Source: Pocillopora damicornis (Eukaryota). Taken from it: DNA of 64,000 nt. Within the stretch, counting starts at the first letter, position 1. Each line of letters starts with the position of its first letter. The DNA is taken from assembly GCF_003704095.1 (NCBI RefSeq), contig NW_020846461.1, positions 186,001-250,000 on the forward strand, read 5' to 3'. Under the pieces are notes generated by a model. It was not told the DNA's origin. It made no database searches and saw nothing but the letters and a program-made list of their open reading frames with translations. The position numbers and the translations under genes were made by a program. Positions 51,592-64,000 of the stretch are shown here, piece by piece.

Positions 51592-54500
51592 TCAATGCTG
51601 CTCAATGTCATAAAAAAACCTCACAAGGTGGTAACGAATAATAAAGGCAATAACACTTCCACAAATCTGCAAAGAAAAGAACTCAAAATTAGCTGGCTGC
51701 ATGGATCTCTGTATATTTGTGATGTGAATTATATCACAGAGGTTATAATCTACACACACCATAAACATGTGCAAAAATGTTTCTGATTGATTGTTCCCCA
51801 TGAAGGAAACACAATATACCTGACTTGTTTAACAAAACGTTAAGGCTTGGAAGATTTTTCTCTATTGCAATTTAATAAATCTGAGGGTATTTCTTTTATT
51901 TTACATCAATGAGGTCAGGCACAATTGCTCAAAAAGAAAACAGGAAAAAAAAGCATGAAAAAGAACTCTGGAAAAGTTGCCAAGTTTCTCTATCTAGTTG
52001 TTCAAACCTGTAAATGTTCCCCCAAGAAGTGTCCTCAACATGTTTTCTTGTTTCTAAAACTCTTTGCTAATATTTGAAGAGGACTTATGATATGATATCC
52101 CTTTGTGATAATTGTACAGCAACGTAGAAAAAAAATAACAATAGAAACTTGTTATAGAAAATGACTGGCAGGTACAACTAGGGCTTAACCTTGAAGCAAG
52201 CAGGTTGGAAAGAGCCACATGGCTCTACAAGAAGGGAACTAAACCAGAAAAAAGAGACAGAGAAAGAGAGTTAGGCTTGTAATGAAAATGTTTACTGACT
52301 GAGTAAACTTGAGTGGAACAAGCAAAATTAATATTCGGCTCTCAGTCCTAATGTATGGACTTCAGTGCCCTTGGTTCACACTTCGTGGCCTTGAGCAAAA
52401 CTGTAAAGAGGTCCTTCATAGATACTGAGAGAGGTTTTTAATTAATAATTTTACCTGTATTCCCATGATTATTATTGTCAATGTTCTTTCATGTAAGGGT
52501 CCCAGCACTTTGATAACAAAGTTTATAAGTGTCAAGTTGTTAACACGCGTAGATTTTTTGTCTTCACCAACACCTTCCTCCACTGTAACTAATCTTAGAA
52601 GGCTGAACACTGACAGTATAAGTTTCCCTAGCGGATGAAGGTCAGACATTTTAAACACACTGTAACTCATTCCTAGCAAACCAGTGTCTGGGTTAAACCT
52701 ATAAAAGAAAAAAGTTAATCAATAATAAATGAGTGATACAATGTAAATGAAGTAAAATTTTATAATCATCAACTTTGGCACATTTCAGACGCTAAACTTT
52801 TCACTTGCTAAACTTAATTAGAATTTCACATGATCCATATCAACCCTTATTCCCAGAGGTGATTAGCTTATAACTTCTCATTACCATTCCAATACATTAT
52901 CTTCCAAAGAAGTTATGAGAACTGAGATGCTAATGTCAATTGGAGAGTGTTTTCTTGATTTAAAATAGATTTCTCCTGTCCTATTTAAGTGTAAACATGT
53001 AACAGTCAATTGGGAGGGTCATTAATTGGATCTTAGGAGTTTTAAAGCCCTGGATTCAGCTATAGTCTAACTACTTGTTACATTTTCAAACTCACCTTGG
53101 TAGTCGATGTCTTGGACATGGTATGAAACGAAACAATTGAGGAATTGAGTAAACAAAGTTGATAACTTGTGGAATAAAGAACAACAACATTGTTTTACTG
53201 AAGTGTCCTAAAATGCCAACTACTGCAAATGTCATTCCCGCAAAATAGCAGAATGTGTCTCCAACAAATACAGAGGATGGGTACCTAAAATGGAATATTG
53301 GAAAAATATAAGAAAGATGTGTTGTGGTTCACTTTTATTCTTGATTTAAAGTTTTACTAGTTTATTTCTGGGAAAGGTAGTAAGGATGACTTGAACTTGT
53401 AACTTAAAAACACTTAACATGTCAAATGAAAAATGATTTAAAAAAAATACAATATATGCATTACAGTAATTTATAATTCAGAAGACTATGGACAAGGGAC
53501 AAATTCTGGTGTCACAGAGAAAGCCAATAAGATGTGGAAAAACTGACCTGTGTGGAGTATTGCCAATTAGTTTGTGGTTTGAAGGTGATTTTGCATGCCT
53601 TGGTCTCCATTAGGATTGGTCATAATACAATGTAACACATAGTGTGTATAATTCAGGTGTTCATGGTTTTTGGAGTTGGACAGTAATGGTGACAGAAAGT
53701 GAAATTCTCCCAGTAATTCTCCTGACTATCAGCTATAAGATTCTTATTATATTAATTCAGAGAATTTGATATTGGGTCAACTAATAATCACCAAATTGCT
53801 ATTTTTCTTCATTCTCATTGATGATAGGATGATAGGTGCTGTATTGATATTTTAACCCTTTAACTCCCATGAGTGACCAAGACAGAATTTCTCCTTATAA
53901 TATCAATGAAATGTAAAATTGTTTCCGTGTTTACATAGCCTGATGTAAACACATGGGAGGTTGGGAGAACACGAGATAAGTGTAGGAAACCACGACGCGA
54001 AGCGAAGTGGTTTCCAGCCTATCAAGTGTTCTCCCAACCTCCCACATGTTTACATCAGGCTATGTAAACACGGAAACCATTTTACATTTCTTTTATAAAA
54101 TAACTAATGAAAGATGAACGAAAACCATGTTTACATACGCTCAGTAAAATGGTTTTATGGCCAATCAGAGTGCGCACACTATTTGAATTATTTTATAATT
54201 CAATATCAAGCATAGAAGTGATGAGAATAAAGAAAAATATTAATTTGGGGATCATTAGTTGATCCAATACCACTCTCCAAATTGACATCCTAAGAATTCT
54301 ATGGTAGACAGTGAGTAGAATTACTAATAAGATTTTGGGAGTTAGAGGATTAAGGAGGAATTCTGTCTTGCACACTCATGGGAGTGAAAGGGTTAAATTC
54401 AGCAGTTCTCACTTAATTCAGACAACAACTCACCAGTTATGATAAAGTAATGCTGAACATGTGGCAATGAAAGGCATCATGAAATATGCTGAGAACAAAT

Positions 54501-56654
54501 GAGCCTGCCAACAACAAGTTCCTTGGAGCTCAATGAAATTAAACATCAAAATGGAGACTGCAATGATGAGCGACTGTCCTGCCTCAACACCATTGATACC
54601 AGCCAAGATATTGATTGCATTTGTGCAGAATATTGCCAACATTCCCATATAAACATAGTATAATATTCCTGAAGAATAAAATGGAAGCATGTGTTTATTC
54701 TTTTAAATAGTTTTTATTTCTTTTTATTCTTGAGTTACATAATGCTTTGTACAATAACTGAGCTCTCACAGGTCACAGAAATCACAAAAGTATTAAACCA
54801 ACTGACTTAGGAGGCCATAATTCAAAACTGTGCTGCATAACTATATAACCTTACCTAGATCTACATCAAAGCCAAAAATGAATCTGATGGGTTTTGGTAC
54901 AATGATTGTTGTAACACCAATATTGACACAGTAGACCATGAGGAGGGGAAGAGATGCCATTGCCGGCAGAAGAAGCCTGTCTCGCCACCTGAGATCAAGA
55001 ACATCATCCGCAAATCCCAGGAAGATCATACAACAGATGGACAGAAGGCCAGTGATGAACATGACAAACTATTTAAGGAACAGTAATGTTGGTTAAAATA
55101 ATCCACACATAGGTAAAGAACCTTGTAAGATGAGGAACCCCAAAAATTCAATTCCATTTTCTTGTAGACTGTGATTAAATCTCAAACAGCACCAGACAAT
55201 TGGGAAAGTTGACAGTCTTTACTTGAAATTTGATTTTCATATCTTCACTGTTGTGAGGATCAAGAAGCAAGTTTTAGGACAAATTTTGACCAAACAATTT
55301 TCTGTAATTCTCAGTAACAGAACAATGGTAATAAAGTCAAACAGCTTGACACATGGTTCCTCTTAATTGCATAACCTGCTCAAAGACATGTTTTATAGAG
55401 TATACAATGTTTTTATAAGCAGGAGAAGCTACTTATACCCTCACATTTATGAGATAAACTCACCTCATGATGTGGAAAATCATAATCACCTTTCTCAAAC
55501 CAAATAGAGAGAAAAGGGATTGGGATGAATAAAAACATCGTAATAAGAAATACTGCTCCACTAACAACTCCTAAACCCTCTGCACTGTGGAATTAAAACA
55601 TACATGTACATTAATTACTAATAAACATTTGGGTACAGTTGTATAAAGGGTGAATAATTCTATCCAATGGATAAATCGTTATCCAGCATATAAATGTTAA
55701 TAAAACATACTGAGCTATCCACTCGATATGGATTTATCCAGTGGATTGTGTTATCCACCTTTTAAACAACCATGTCCTGATCTATAGGAAAAATATTCAC
55801 AACAGTTTTTGGCAACATTATTGATGAAGTAAATGGTTGGAACACTGAAGCAACAGTTGATCATGTAATCCAACTTTGCAGGTGAAATGGTCCTGAAAGG
55901 AACTGTTTTTGGTAGTAGTGACTGCCAATGCTGCCAATAACAGACCTTTTCTGGATTACTTTCACCATAGTAACAAAGAATTATCACCATCTTAATTCCA
56001 AGATATCAATCACTTATCAAGAGCCAGACGCAGTGAATACTGAAGAGTACCCATAAGCACCTCTGAATACTAAAAGGGGGTTAAAGACGTAGAATTATTA
56101 AAGGAAGAATAATTTGGACTAAAGTGTTTTGATTTTTGACAAAGATCAACACAGCTGTATTACCAAAAAATGTATTAATTTATTGATGAACAGAAATCTA
56201 CAAAAAAAGGTTTTACAGCAAGTATAGATTACAATAAGGCTATGATAATTAAGTAAAAACTTCGGAGTCATCTTAAAAAAACTGTTCCACTCTCTAATCA
56301 CGAGGATAGACAGTGATTTAATAACAAGTGCTCGTATTGTTTGAATTGGAGTACGACTAATTAATTGCATGGCGAATCACCATGCAACATGAGTAAGCCA
56401 TAGGAATACAGCATCTGGAATTATCCTCTTGTGATAACCTCTAGATCTCCATTACTTATCAGCCCAAGCCCCGAAATAAGATCTCTCAAGACTTACACTT
56501 TCTCCTTGTTGTCTTTCTTGTTGAGGTCTTTCCCGCATAGCCCAGCTTTAAGGAACAGCGATTTCATACCTGAAATTAACTTCAACGCTACAAAAAATGT
56601 CACACAGGACATGACAGAATTAACAGTTAACGGATATATCATTCTGTAGATCAT
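51592..56654 (-). CDS. DPAGT1: UDP-GlcNAc:dolichyl-phosphate GlcNAc-1-phosphotransferase
   Basis: Exons 56654-56497, 55584-55464, 55068-54855, 54668-54434, 53284-53096, 52698-52455, 51666-51592. [52 protein letters not shown] and NNLTLIN. Confidence 0.96.
53908..54198. mobile_element. Long-hairpin element nested inside a piggyBac MITE
   Basis: Arms 53908-53993 and 54007-54090 are near-perfect inverted repeats around GACGCGAAGCGAA. The tail contains GGCCAATCAG. Confidence 0.8.
55630..55775. repeat. Dispersed element with internal ATCCAGTGGAT-like units (second copy 62297-62420)
   Basis: Repeated TATCCA..GGATA units; ends GTTGTT(C/T)AAA.G.TGGATAA. Confidence 0.6.
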
Positions 56655-57171
56655 TTTCGATTATCTTTTCCAGATTGTCGCGTCTTGAAAGTCCTAATTA
56701 AACGCTGGGCAATCTAAAATCTCAAAGCTTTTGTACCTTTGAGGATAACCGCTGACCGATGCCTGATCGAAGCGGCGTTGATTAGACGTTAGATATGCAA
56801 TCGCGCGAGACCCGCGAAATGGACGCGAAATGTCATAATATGTATCTAAGCAACAAAATGATTGATAGCTTATTTTTCTAGCATGTGATTGGTTAAAAAA
56901 CTATTACGCAAATTTGCAGTTCAAAAATTTTCGCGGATAAGTGAGGATTTTTGTTCCGAGAAAACCTAGAGGATACTGAGGGGAAACCTTTTTTTTTAAT
57001 CTGTTATGGATATGAAATAACGCGATAGTTTCATGATTACTTTCAATTCGAATTAGGAAAGGAATTCGTCGGATTTGAGCCGTTTTTTCCGAGCGCTTGC
57101 AACTTACAGAACTGTTAGAGCGTCCAAGAAAAAGCACGGCTGAACCCTGAAAGTGGGTGAACACTAGAACA

Positions 57172-60100
57172 ATGCCGAGTGTCAAGGATTCAAAAGGTTC
57201 GAAGAAAAGTGCCGGTGGTGCATCCCAGGAGCATTCTGGTGGGTCAAAAGCTGATAGAAACAGGCGAAGTTCTCTGAAAGGTAGTACCGGTACTTCGCTT
57301 TTCGCTCATCCCTTGACTGGCGAAACTGTTAAAGAAAGGCAGGTACGAATCTAAACAAATAAATCTTAAAACAGAATGAAAAAACTACTTACTTAGAGCG
57401 TTTTGTGGAAAAAATTAATAGAAGGGAATCTTTTTTTTTTTACTCTTTTGCTTCAATTTCAGTTTACCCCCATTCGTCATTTGCCAACTTTTAAGATCAA
57501 AGAAATTATAAATCTTGTTAACCTGCTTGTGAAGTTTTTTGTAAGCCGTGTGAACCATTTTCTACAGCAAAAAGTGAGAGAAAACCGTGAAGCAAGGAAG
57601 CGAATGATAACGGACGAGTACAGATTTCTCATGGGAATCGTTGGAGGCTACGTAGATCTGGATGTGTCTGCAGTTGAAGAATTCGTACTTGATTCAGAAG
57701 AGGTAAGTTTAACTCTTTCCGCAAGATTTTACCCTTAATCCTGTGATTCCTTTCGCAATAAAATGAGAGGAGAGGTAAAAGTACTCTATTTCAGGTATCT
57801 TAATGTTGTTTCCATGGTTTTCATGAAAACGCTGACGCTTGAAAGCTTAAGTTGGAATAATGAAAGGTTTTAACAGTACATGCGTAAGCTTCTTTGTGTT
57901 GTTGCCATGGCAACACAACCAATTGAAACGATGTCACAGATATCCTTCTTTATGTAGATAAATGTCGATCAAAAGTTGTTTTTCTTTTTTTGTCAGTATA
58001 CATTGGCAGGGACTCATTACTTAGAGCTTCCAAACCAATTGCACCCTTCAGTCAACCCTGTCCCATATCTTTTTAGTTTTAGAACTGAGATATGAGATGG
58101 GTTCTTTAATTTCCTGTGAAAACACGCTGACTTTCCGTGCTTTTTGCCATTATTGATATACTTCCATGTGACCTGCATGTGACATAAACAATAGATGACC
58201 ACAGCTCTCTTATGATTTGCTATTATGTAAACACATGCGAAAAACCCTGTGGAAGGTGCCTCATAAAAAGATATGGGACAGGGTTGACGCAGAAGGTAAG
58301 TATGGAAGTTGAAAGCTCTGGGTAATGGGCTCCTGATGTTGGTAAAAAAAGGTATGTACGTGTGATCAACTTCAAAAGAGTGATTTTTCACTCTCTGGGG
58401 TTGAATCTACCTCTGCCCTCTTGAATGTTTTAGTGGTCCTTAATAATTGTCAGGTTCAAACAACATGTTCACAACATGAGGTTTAGTGAAATGATAGTTA
58501 AGTGGAGTAAGGTTTAAGAGCAGTGATGGTCACAAATACGTGCATATACAGGCTCATGTGGAAGGTGGTATCTTTTTTCAAATTAAGCTGGAATCTTTGT
58601 GTTCTCCAGCAGATTTGGTAACAGCCATTCCTCAACAATCCTGATCTTATTTTTAGTGGTTTTTTTCAATTGTAACTTCCCACACCTCTTCCTTCCCCCT
58701 TTTTTCTTTTGTCAATATATTCAGTGTTGATGGTTCCTGTAATGGAGACTAAAATGACCCAAAACTCAAAAAGCTGTGGACAATGAGAATTTGGACAGAA
58801 ACACAATTGGGGCAATACTTTGACTGAAATTTAACTTCTTCCTAAGTTAGGATTACTAACTTGAGAAACAAACCAACAACTTCATGACTAAAGAAGGATT
58901 TGGTCTCTTTTTCTCTAGGCAGTTTACTTGATAAACAGCTTTTTAAAGCCAAAGGGAAGAAGATCATTAATGTTTTTCTATCAGGAGGTTGATCATGAGG
59001 GAAGAAGTTGTAAGTATTCTCATGGACCTCCACTAGAAATTATAAAGCAATTTAATGGAATAAGGAGATGAAATTCTGAGATGATTTATTATAAGGTTAT
59101 TTTGTTACACCAAGTGGTGCTATTAACCGTTTTAATCTTACAGTTTGACTTTGTTTTTCAAGACACAGAGGTACGAGCTCGTACTGTAAAGTCTGGTAAA
59201 GTAGCAGTGCTGCTAGTAACTAGTGGTCTTGAAGAGAAACTGACTGGGACCCTAGTATACTGTGTGAAGGCTGATGCAAATAAAGAGCTTAAGATGAGAA
59301 ACATTGCTGATGTAAGTACTCTCCTGGAGCTTGTGAACAAATTCTTTTTTTGTTCCAGTGTATAGTATATCCAATAAAGCAGGGGTTTGATTTAATAAAT
59401 AAATAAATAAGAGGGCTAAATTTGAGCCAAAGATTCCAGTATTTTTAAATTCAGCCAAATTTCAGATACAAAACAGTATGGGGTCTCAGCTTCTTTGCTG
59501 ACTGGTGATGTTTATGTGATTAGAGTAATCATAAAACAGAGTTTTATAGTGTTTTCTGGCTTTGCAGGGTTAAAATAGTTTTTTTTTTAAGGAATTAAAT
59601 GTTATTTTCAATGACCATTGGGTCAATGTCAGAGTTGAAATGTGGATGAAAACAAACAGTGTATGAAAGAGTGTTCATGGTTTAAATTCTTGCTTGCTGG
59701 GCCTAGTTTCAGTCAATGCACTGTAGGTCCTCTCATTTCATGGGATGGTGTCAAAATGCATGAATTTTTAAGTATCAGTTTGTCTTCATTACAAACTTAC
59801 AGAAACTGTAGAAACTGTTTCTGGAAATTGTAATTGTGATTTTTTAGGAGGCATGCTTTGGGATGATAAATGCTGGAGAAGCAGGATCCTTTATTCCAGC
59901 CCTAAGAACACATCTCACAAAGATTTATATACCAGCCATTAGAGCCATGTCCAGCTGGGGAGAACTGGAAAAGACACCACAAGGAGTAAAAGCCAGTGCA
60001 CAGTTTGTTGAGTCATTGGATGGCTTTGTTCATTTTATTGATGGTGGGATATTTGAGATGCTTAATGCCAAAATGTAGGCCATGTAACACTTTTCAACAT

Positions 60101-63100
60101 TCCTCATTATGTACCACCCCCTTCCTTAGATAGTGTAGTTGACTTGTTATGTTTGACATTATACTAAGAAATTAATTTACAGTAATTGATGGGAAGGAGA
60201 TAAATGAATGGCAAGAAAACTTAACAACAACCTTTTAGGATGAATATTAAATTCAAATCAAATTCATATGTAAAACCACTGCAGCCGTGCTAAAAGGCAT
60301 TAGAACGTCATGTTAGTATCTCAGATCTATGGTTGCAATAATTATAGCAAGTTCATGCATAATAAAAGGCCAATCTGATAGACATCAATTAATCAAATGA
60401 AATAAGAAATAGATAATACATGTAAATTAATGAAAGAATAGATTAATAATAACTAGGATAGATAAATAAAGAAATCAAATGGTATGAATGTCCCAAGGGG
60501 CTCCATCTTCTCAGCTATGTGTGGCAGCTTACACTGTCAGTGCACCTTTGCCAACCAAACTACCTTGTGTTTCAGCTTTCCTTAATATGTTTAGCATATA
60601 AAAAACCTCTAACTGATCTGTCCATTGCAGGAGCTCATGCAGCACTTAATGAAGCAATCACTCTTCACCCATGTGAGTTAATTGATGTGACTGCTCTAGA
60701 GGGTCCACCTGACTATCAGGCCATAGCAAACAACCAAGATATACTGACTGGACTGGATGAGCTGGTACACTCCTGGTGCAAACAGATTGAACAAGTTAGT
60801 TCTTATTCAAGCCTTCTCTACATGATTTTCATATGTTTATTTTCCTTTGCTCTAGTAGTTGTCTCAAGCATTTCCTAAAAGAATCAGTGAGGATAACTTG
60901 GTTATTTTAGCTTCTCAAAACTAAGAGGAATCTTTGCACTCATTTAGGGGAATATAACTGTTAGATCGCAGTATCCCCACCATAAAGCCACATCAAATAG
61001 CTTTCTTCACTTGTTGTAAATATTGTAGATTTGTCATGAAAAAAGAAAACTCTTAGTGTGGAGAAGTAAGAGAAGTTCTTCATAACTCCCTCATACCTCT
61101 CAGTCTGCTGACATAAACAAAACACCTCTTTTCTGAAAAAAGGATTCAAACAAAGCAGTCATTTCTCTCACCTTGTCTCATTTTGTCTAAGAGACTGAGG
61201 CAGTGGCTTGTTGAAAAGGGGTCTTTTGGGTTGAGAAGAGTCTGCATGGTTTAAGCTCTGGCTGTGTTCTTTTGGAGCCTCTGTTCACCTGGGAGTAGGA
61301 AACTGTTAGGAAACTATGGAAAATGCTGAGTCTATGACTCTCTTGGCCCTAGGATGAACTCAACTCTCCTCCTTTTTCATAGTTTGATTCACATGTAACA
61401 ATGAAAATGTAATGTTTTTGTCTCACAGGTGTTAGCTGAAAGTGAACAAATGCGGAAGGAGGCAGATGACACTGGTCCTATGGCAGAACTGGAGCACTGG
61501 AAGATGAGGATGGCAAAATTCAACTCACTTGTCGAACAAATTAAGGGCGCTGAGTGTCGTGCAGTCATAAAAATACTCCTTATCGCCAAGTCGAAAACAC
61601 TCAAGGTAACAAATTGAATCTCTTCAACAAACATGTAAATGATATGGGTTTTTACCACATGGAAGATCACTCAGTCTTTTTATTGACCTTTTTGTGGCTT
61701 ATTAAAGATGCAGGTTTGTCAGTAGTTAATTTAAATACTTACAGAAAACTTATTGACCAACATGTAGTTTGGACTTAGACTATACCTTGATTTATTGTTA
61801 TAGACCTAAAACAAAGTATGGCAATAGTGCTTACCAAACATAATGACTCAAAAAGGCAACAAGAACTATAGAAAAACAAGCAAACATTAAAATAAAGAAA
61901 ATGTTATTAGGTTGCATGAGATTGGTGTTAGTTTTGCCTATAAATTATTGTATGAAAGGGTCTGGTAATTAAAGAGAAAATTCAAAAGAGAATTTGATAT
62001 ATGTTTGTGGGTTGCCTTGTACTCTATCAAAGGTTTACCTATCCTAAGCAGTGTCTTACACATATTGGTATGTAACTCAATAATCTTACTTTGTTGTTTT
62101 CTATGATGGCAGTTTTGGCGTGAGTTGGATTGTCGCATTACAGATGCAGCCAATGAAGCCAAAGATAATGTTAAGTTCCTCTACACCTTGGAGAAGGAAT
62201 GTGATCCACTCTATCATGCAGACCCGGTATGCAACAAATTTATTTTCAATGGAGCCTCATCTGGTTTCTTAGAATCATGTGTGCCCAATTGGCACATCAG
62301 GCCTGGTTGTTCAAAAGTTGGATAATGCTACCTGCTTGATAAATCTCTATCTGGTGGATAGTGTCAAAGGTTTTGGTATCACTTATCCGCTAGATAGCAA
62401 CTTATCTGTTGAATAGTGTCATTTGACCTTTATTGGAAAAGTTTCTGTGTTTACAAAAAAAATTACCTCACCTTGAAAACTGTGATTTTCCTCATAGGTT
62501 ACCATGATTGACTGCATTCCTAAACTAATCAATACCATACAGATGATACACAGCATATCAAGATACTGCAACACCTCTCAAAGGATGACATCACTTTTCA
62601 TAAAGGTAACTGAAGCACTTTAATGTTGCTCTTGTGGGTGTGAGATTTTGGTTGCAACCTTCATTCAAAGGGAAATCAAAACTTTGGTGTTCATCATATT
62701 AAATTAAGGGGGTAGTTTTCTAAAGAAGCTGTGGTGCTGCAGCAGTTAAGGGGTATTACAAGATAATTTGGTTTTATGATCAAATGAGGTGACAATGAAA
62801 ATTGGCCACTTAATCCTTAAACTCCCAAGATCTCATTAATAATTCTCCTTACTGTCTACCATACAGTTCTAGTGATGATAATTTGGAGAATTTCGGATTG
62901 GATTAATTTATTAATCCCCCAATTGATATTTTTCTTTATTCTCATCATTTGTTTGCTGGATATTGTATTGATATTGTAAGGAGAATCTCTGTCTTGGTCC
63001 CTCATGAGAGTTAAAGGGTTAAAAGTGTATCTTATGTATCACATTGAGGAGAATGTCCTCTGGAATATTTATTGTATTTTCCCTAGTTTTGACATTTTTA

Positions 63101-63963
63101 TTTCAGTCCTTACCAATAGTGTGGAGGCAAAAAATATTTAATTGAATAGGATCACTATTCTTTGATTGATGATCATGATCTCTCCTCAAGCTAATTGATG
63201 CTCTTCTTGCTGCTATTTTCCAGGTAACAAATCAAATGGTTACTGCATGTAAGAACTACTTAACTGATCGAGGTGTGAATCGTGTTTGGGATCAACCTAG
63301 ACAGCCTATGATAGAAAAGCTGAAAGCTTGTCTGAGATTAAACCAAGAATATCAAAAGTGTTTCCAGCGGACAAAGAAGCGAATTGCTGAGGACCCAACC
63401 ATGAGACCATTTGAATTTTCTGAGATGTACATCTTTGGCAAATTTGACGCCTTTTGTAAGCGTTTGAACCAGGTGGGTCCTGCTTTAGTTACCTTTCAGT
63501 GACGAACCTTTGGGTGGAACAGGCCAAGGGAGGAGGAATGGAATCCTAGAAGATTTTTTTAAATAAAGCAATGTTCAAAATTATGTTCCATGGAACTTCG
63601 ACTGGAGCATAATTTAGGCAAGGCATGGTGCAATGATACTAGGCTCTTTGGGACTCCAGATCAAGGTTTTTGGGTCTCAGGTATCATGCAGTGAAACGAA
63701 GAGAGGATAAAAGAATTCAAATCAAACGACTAGATCTTAGAGCCTGTTCCATTTTGCTATTGCAGATCATAGAAGTGCTGGATACATTGGAAACTTATTC
63801 TGTTCTGTCGGAGTCTAAGATAGAGGGAATTGAAACGATATCTAACAGATTCCAGTCAATGTACTCGGCGTTGAAGAAAAAGCCGTATGACCCGTTGGAT
63901 CATAGGAAGCCGGATTTTGAGGCGGATTTCACTGAATTCAGGCGACAGATCAGCGACTTTGAG
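57172..63963 (+). CDS. DNAH5: Axonemal outer-arm dynein heavy chain (DNAH5/DNAH8 type), N-terminal tail; continues beyond right edge
   Basis: Exons 57172-57342, 57568-57702, 58919-59009, 59163-59311, 59848-60043, 60631-60794, 61429-61605, 62113-62226, 62498-62605, 63224-63472, 63766-63963. [62 protein letters not shown] and [13 protein letters not shown]. Confidence 0.93.
57901..57914. promoter_or_regulatory. RFX X-box (perfect palindrome) in dynein intron 2
   Basis: GTTGCCATGGCAAC. Additional X-box-like sites GTTTTCATGAAAAC (57817-57830) and GTATCTAAGCAAC (56842-56854). Confidence 0.75.
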
Positions 63964-64000
63964 GTTTGTGAAACTCTTTCCTTTCTCATTTGATAGATTA

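Noticed and set aside
1-64000. Genome-wide reassignment of TGA
   Set aside because: TGA is the normal terminator of NIT2, DRAM-like and DPAGT1 here, and only one internal TGA was found in a conserved gene.

Overview
AT-rich animal genomic DNA with spliceosomal GT-AG introns and three assembly gaps. Gene content and repeat families point to a stony coral (inference). The ORF track mostly catches single exons, so gene models were rebuilt by hand from splice sites and reading phase. From left to right: an M13 (neprilysin/ECE-like) peptidase running off the left edge (-), tRNA-Thr(CGT) (-), a PA14 + GT7 B4GALNT3/4-like gene with a degenerate catalytic motif (+), a LIV-1/ZIP metal transporter with altered metal ligands (-), a transcription factor with an unusual SNAG + HNF1/HMBOX1-type POU-like + 5 zinc finger architecture (-), a STELLO-like protein (+), an MGAT4C-like GT54 with no lectin domain (-), a DRAM/TMEM150 protein (+), NIT2 (-) head-to-head with CHK1 (+), and DPAGT1 (-) head-to-head with an axonemal dynein heavy chain DNAH5/8 (+, runs off the right edge). 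CHK1 has one in-frame TGA in its activation segment. Repeats include about 16 TTAA-flanked piggyBac-type MITEs (some nested), a Penelope-type short element with a minimal hammerhead ribozyme and a 14-bp duplication, tRNA-derived elements and long hairpin elements. The best candidates for something new are the SNAG-POU-like-ZF factor, the CHK1 TGA, the hammerhead element and the TIR-wrapped tRNA-like cassette.
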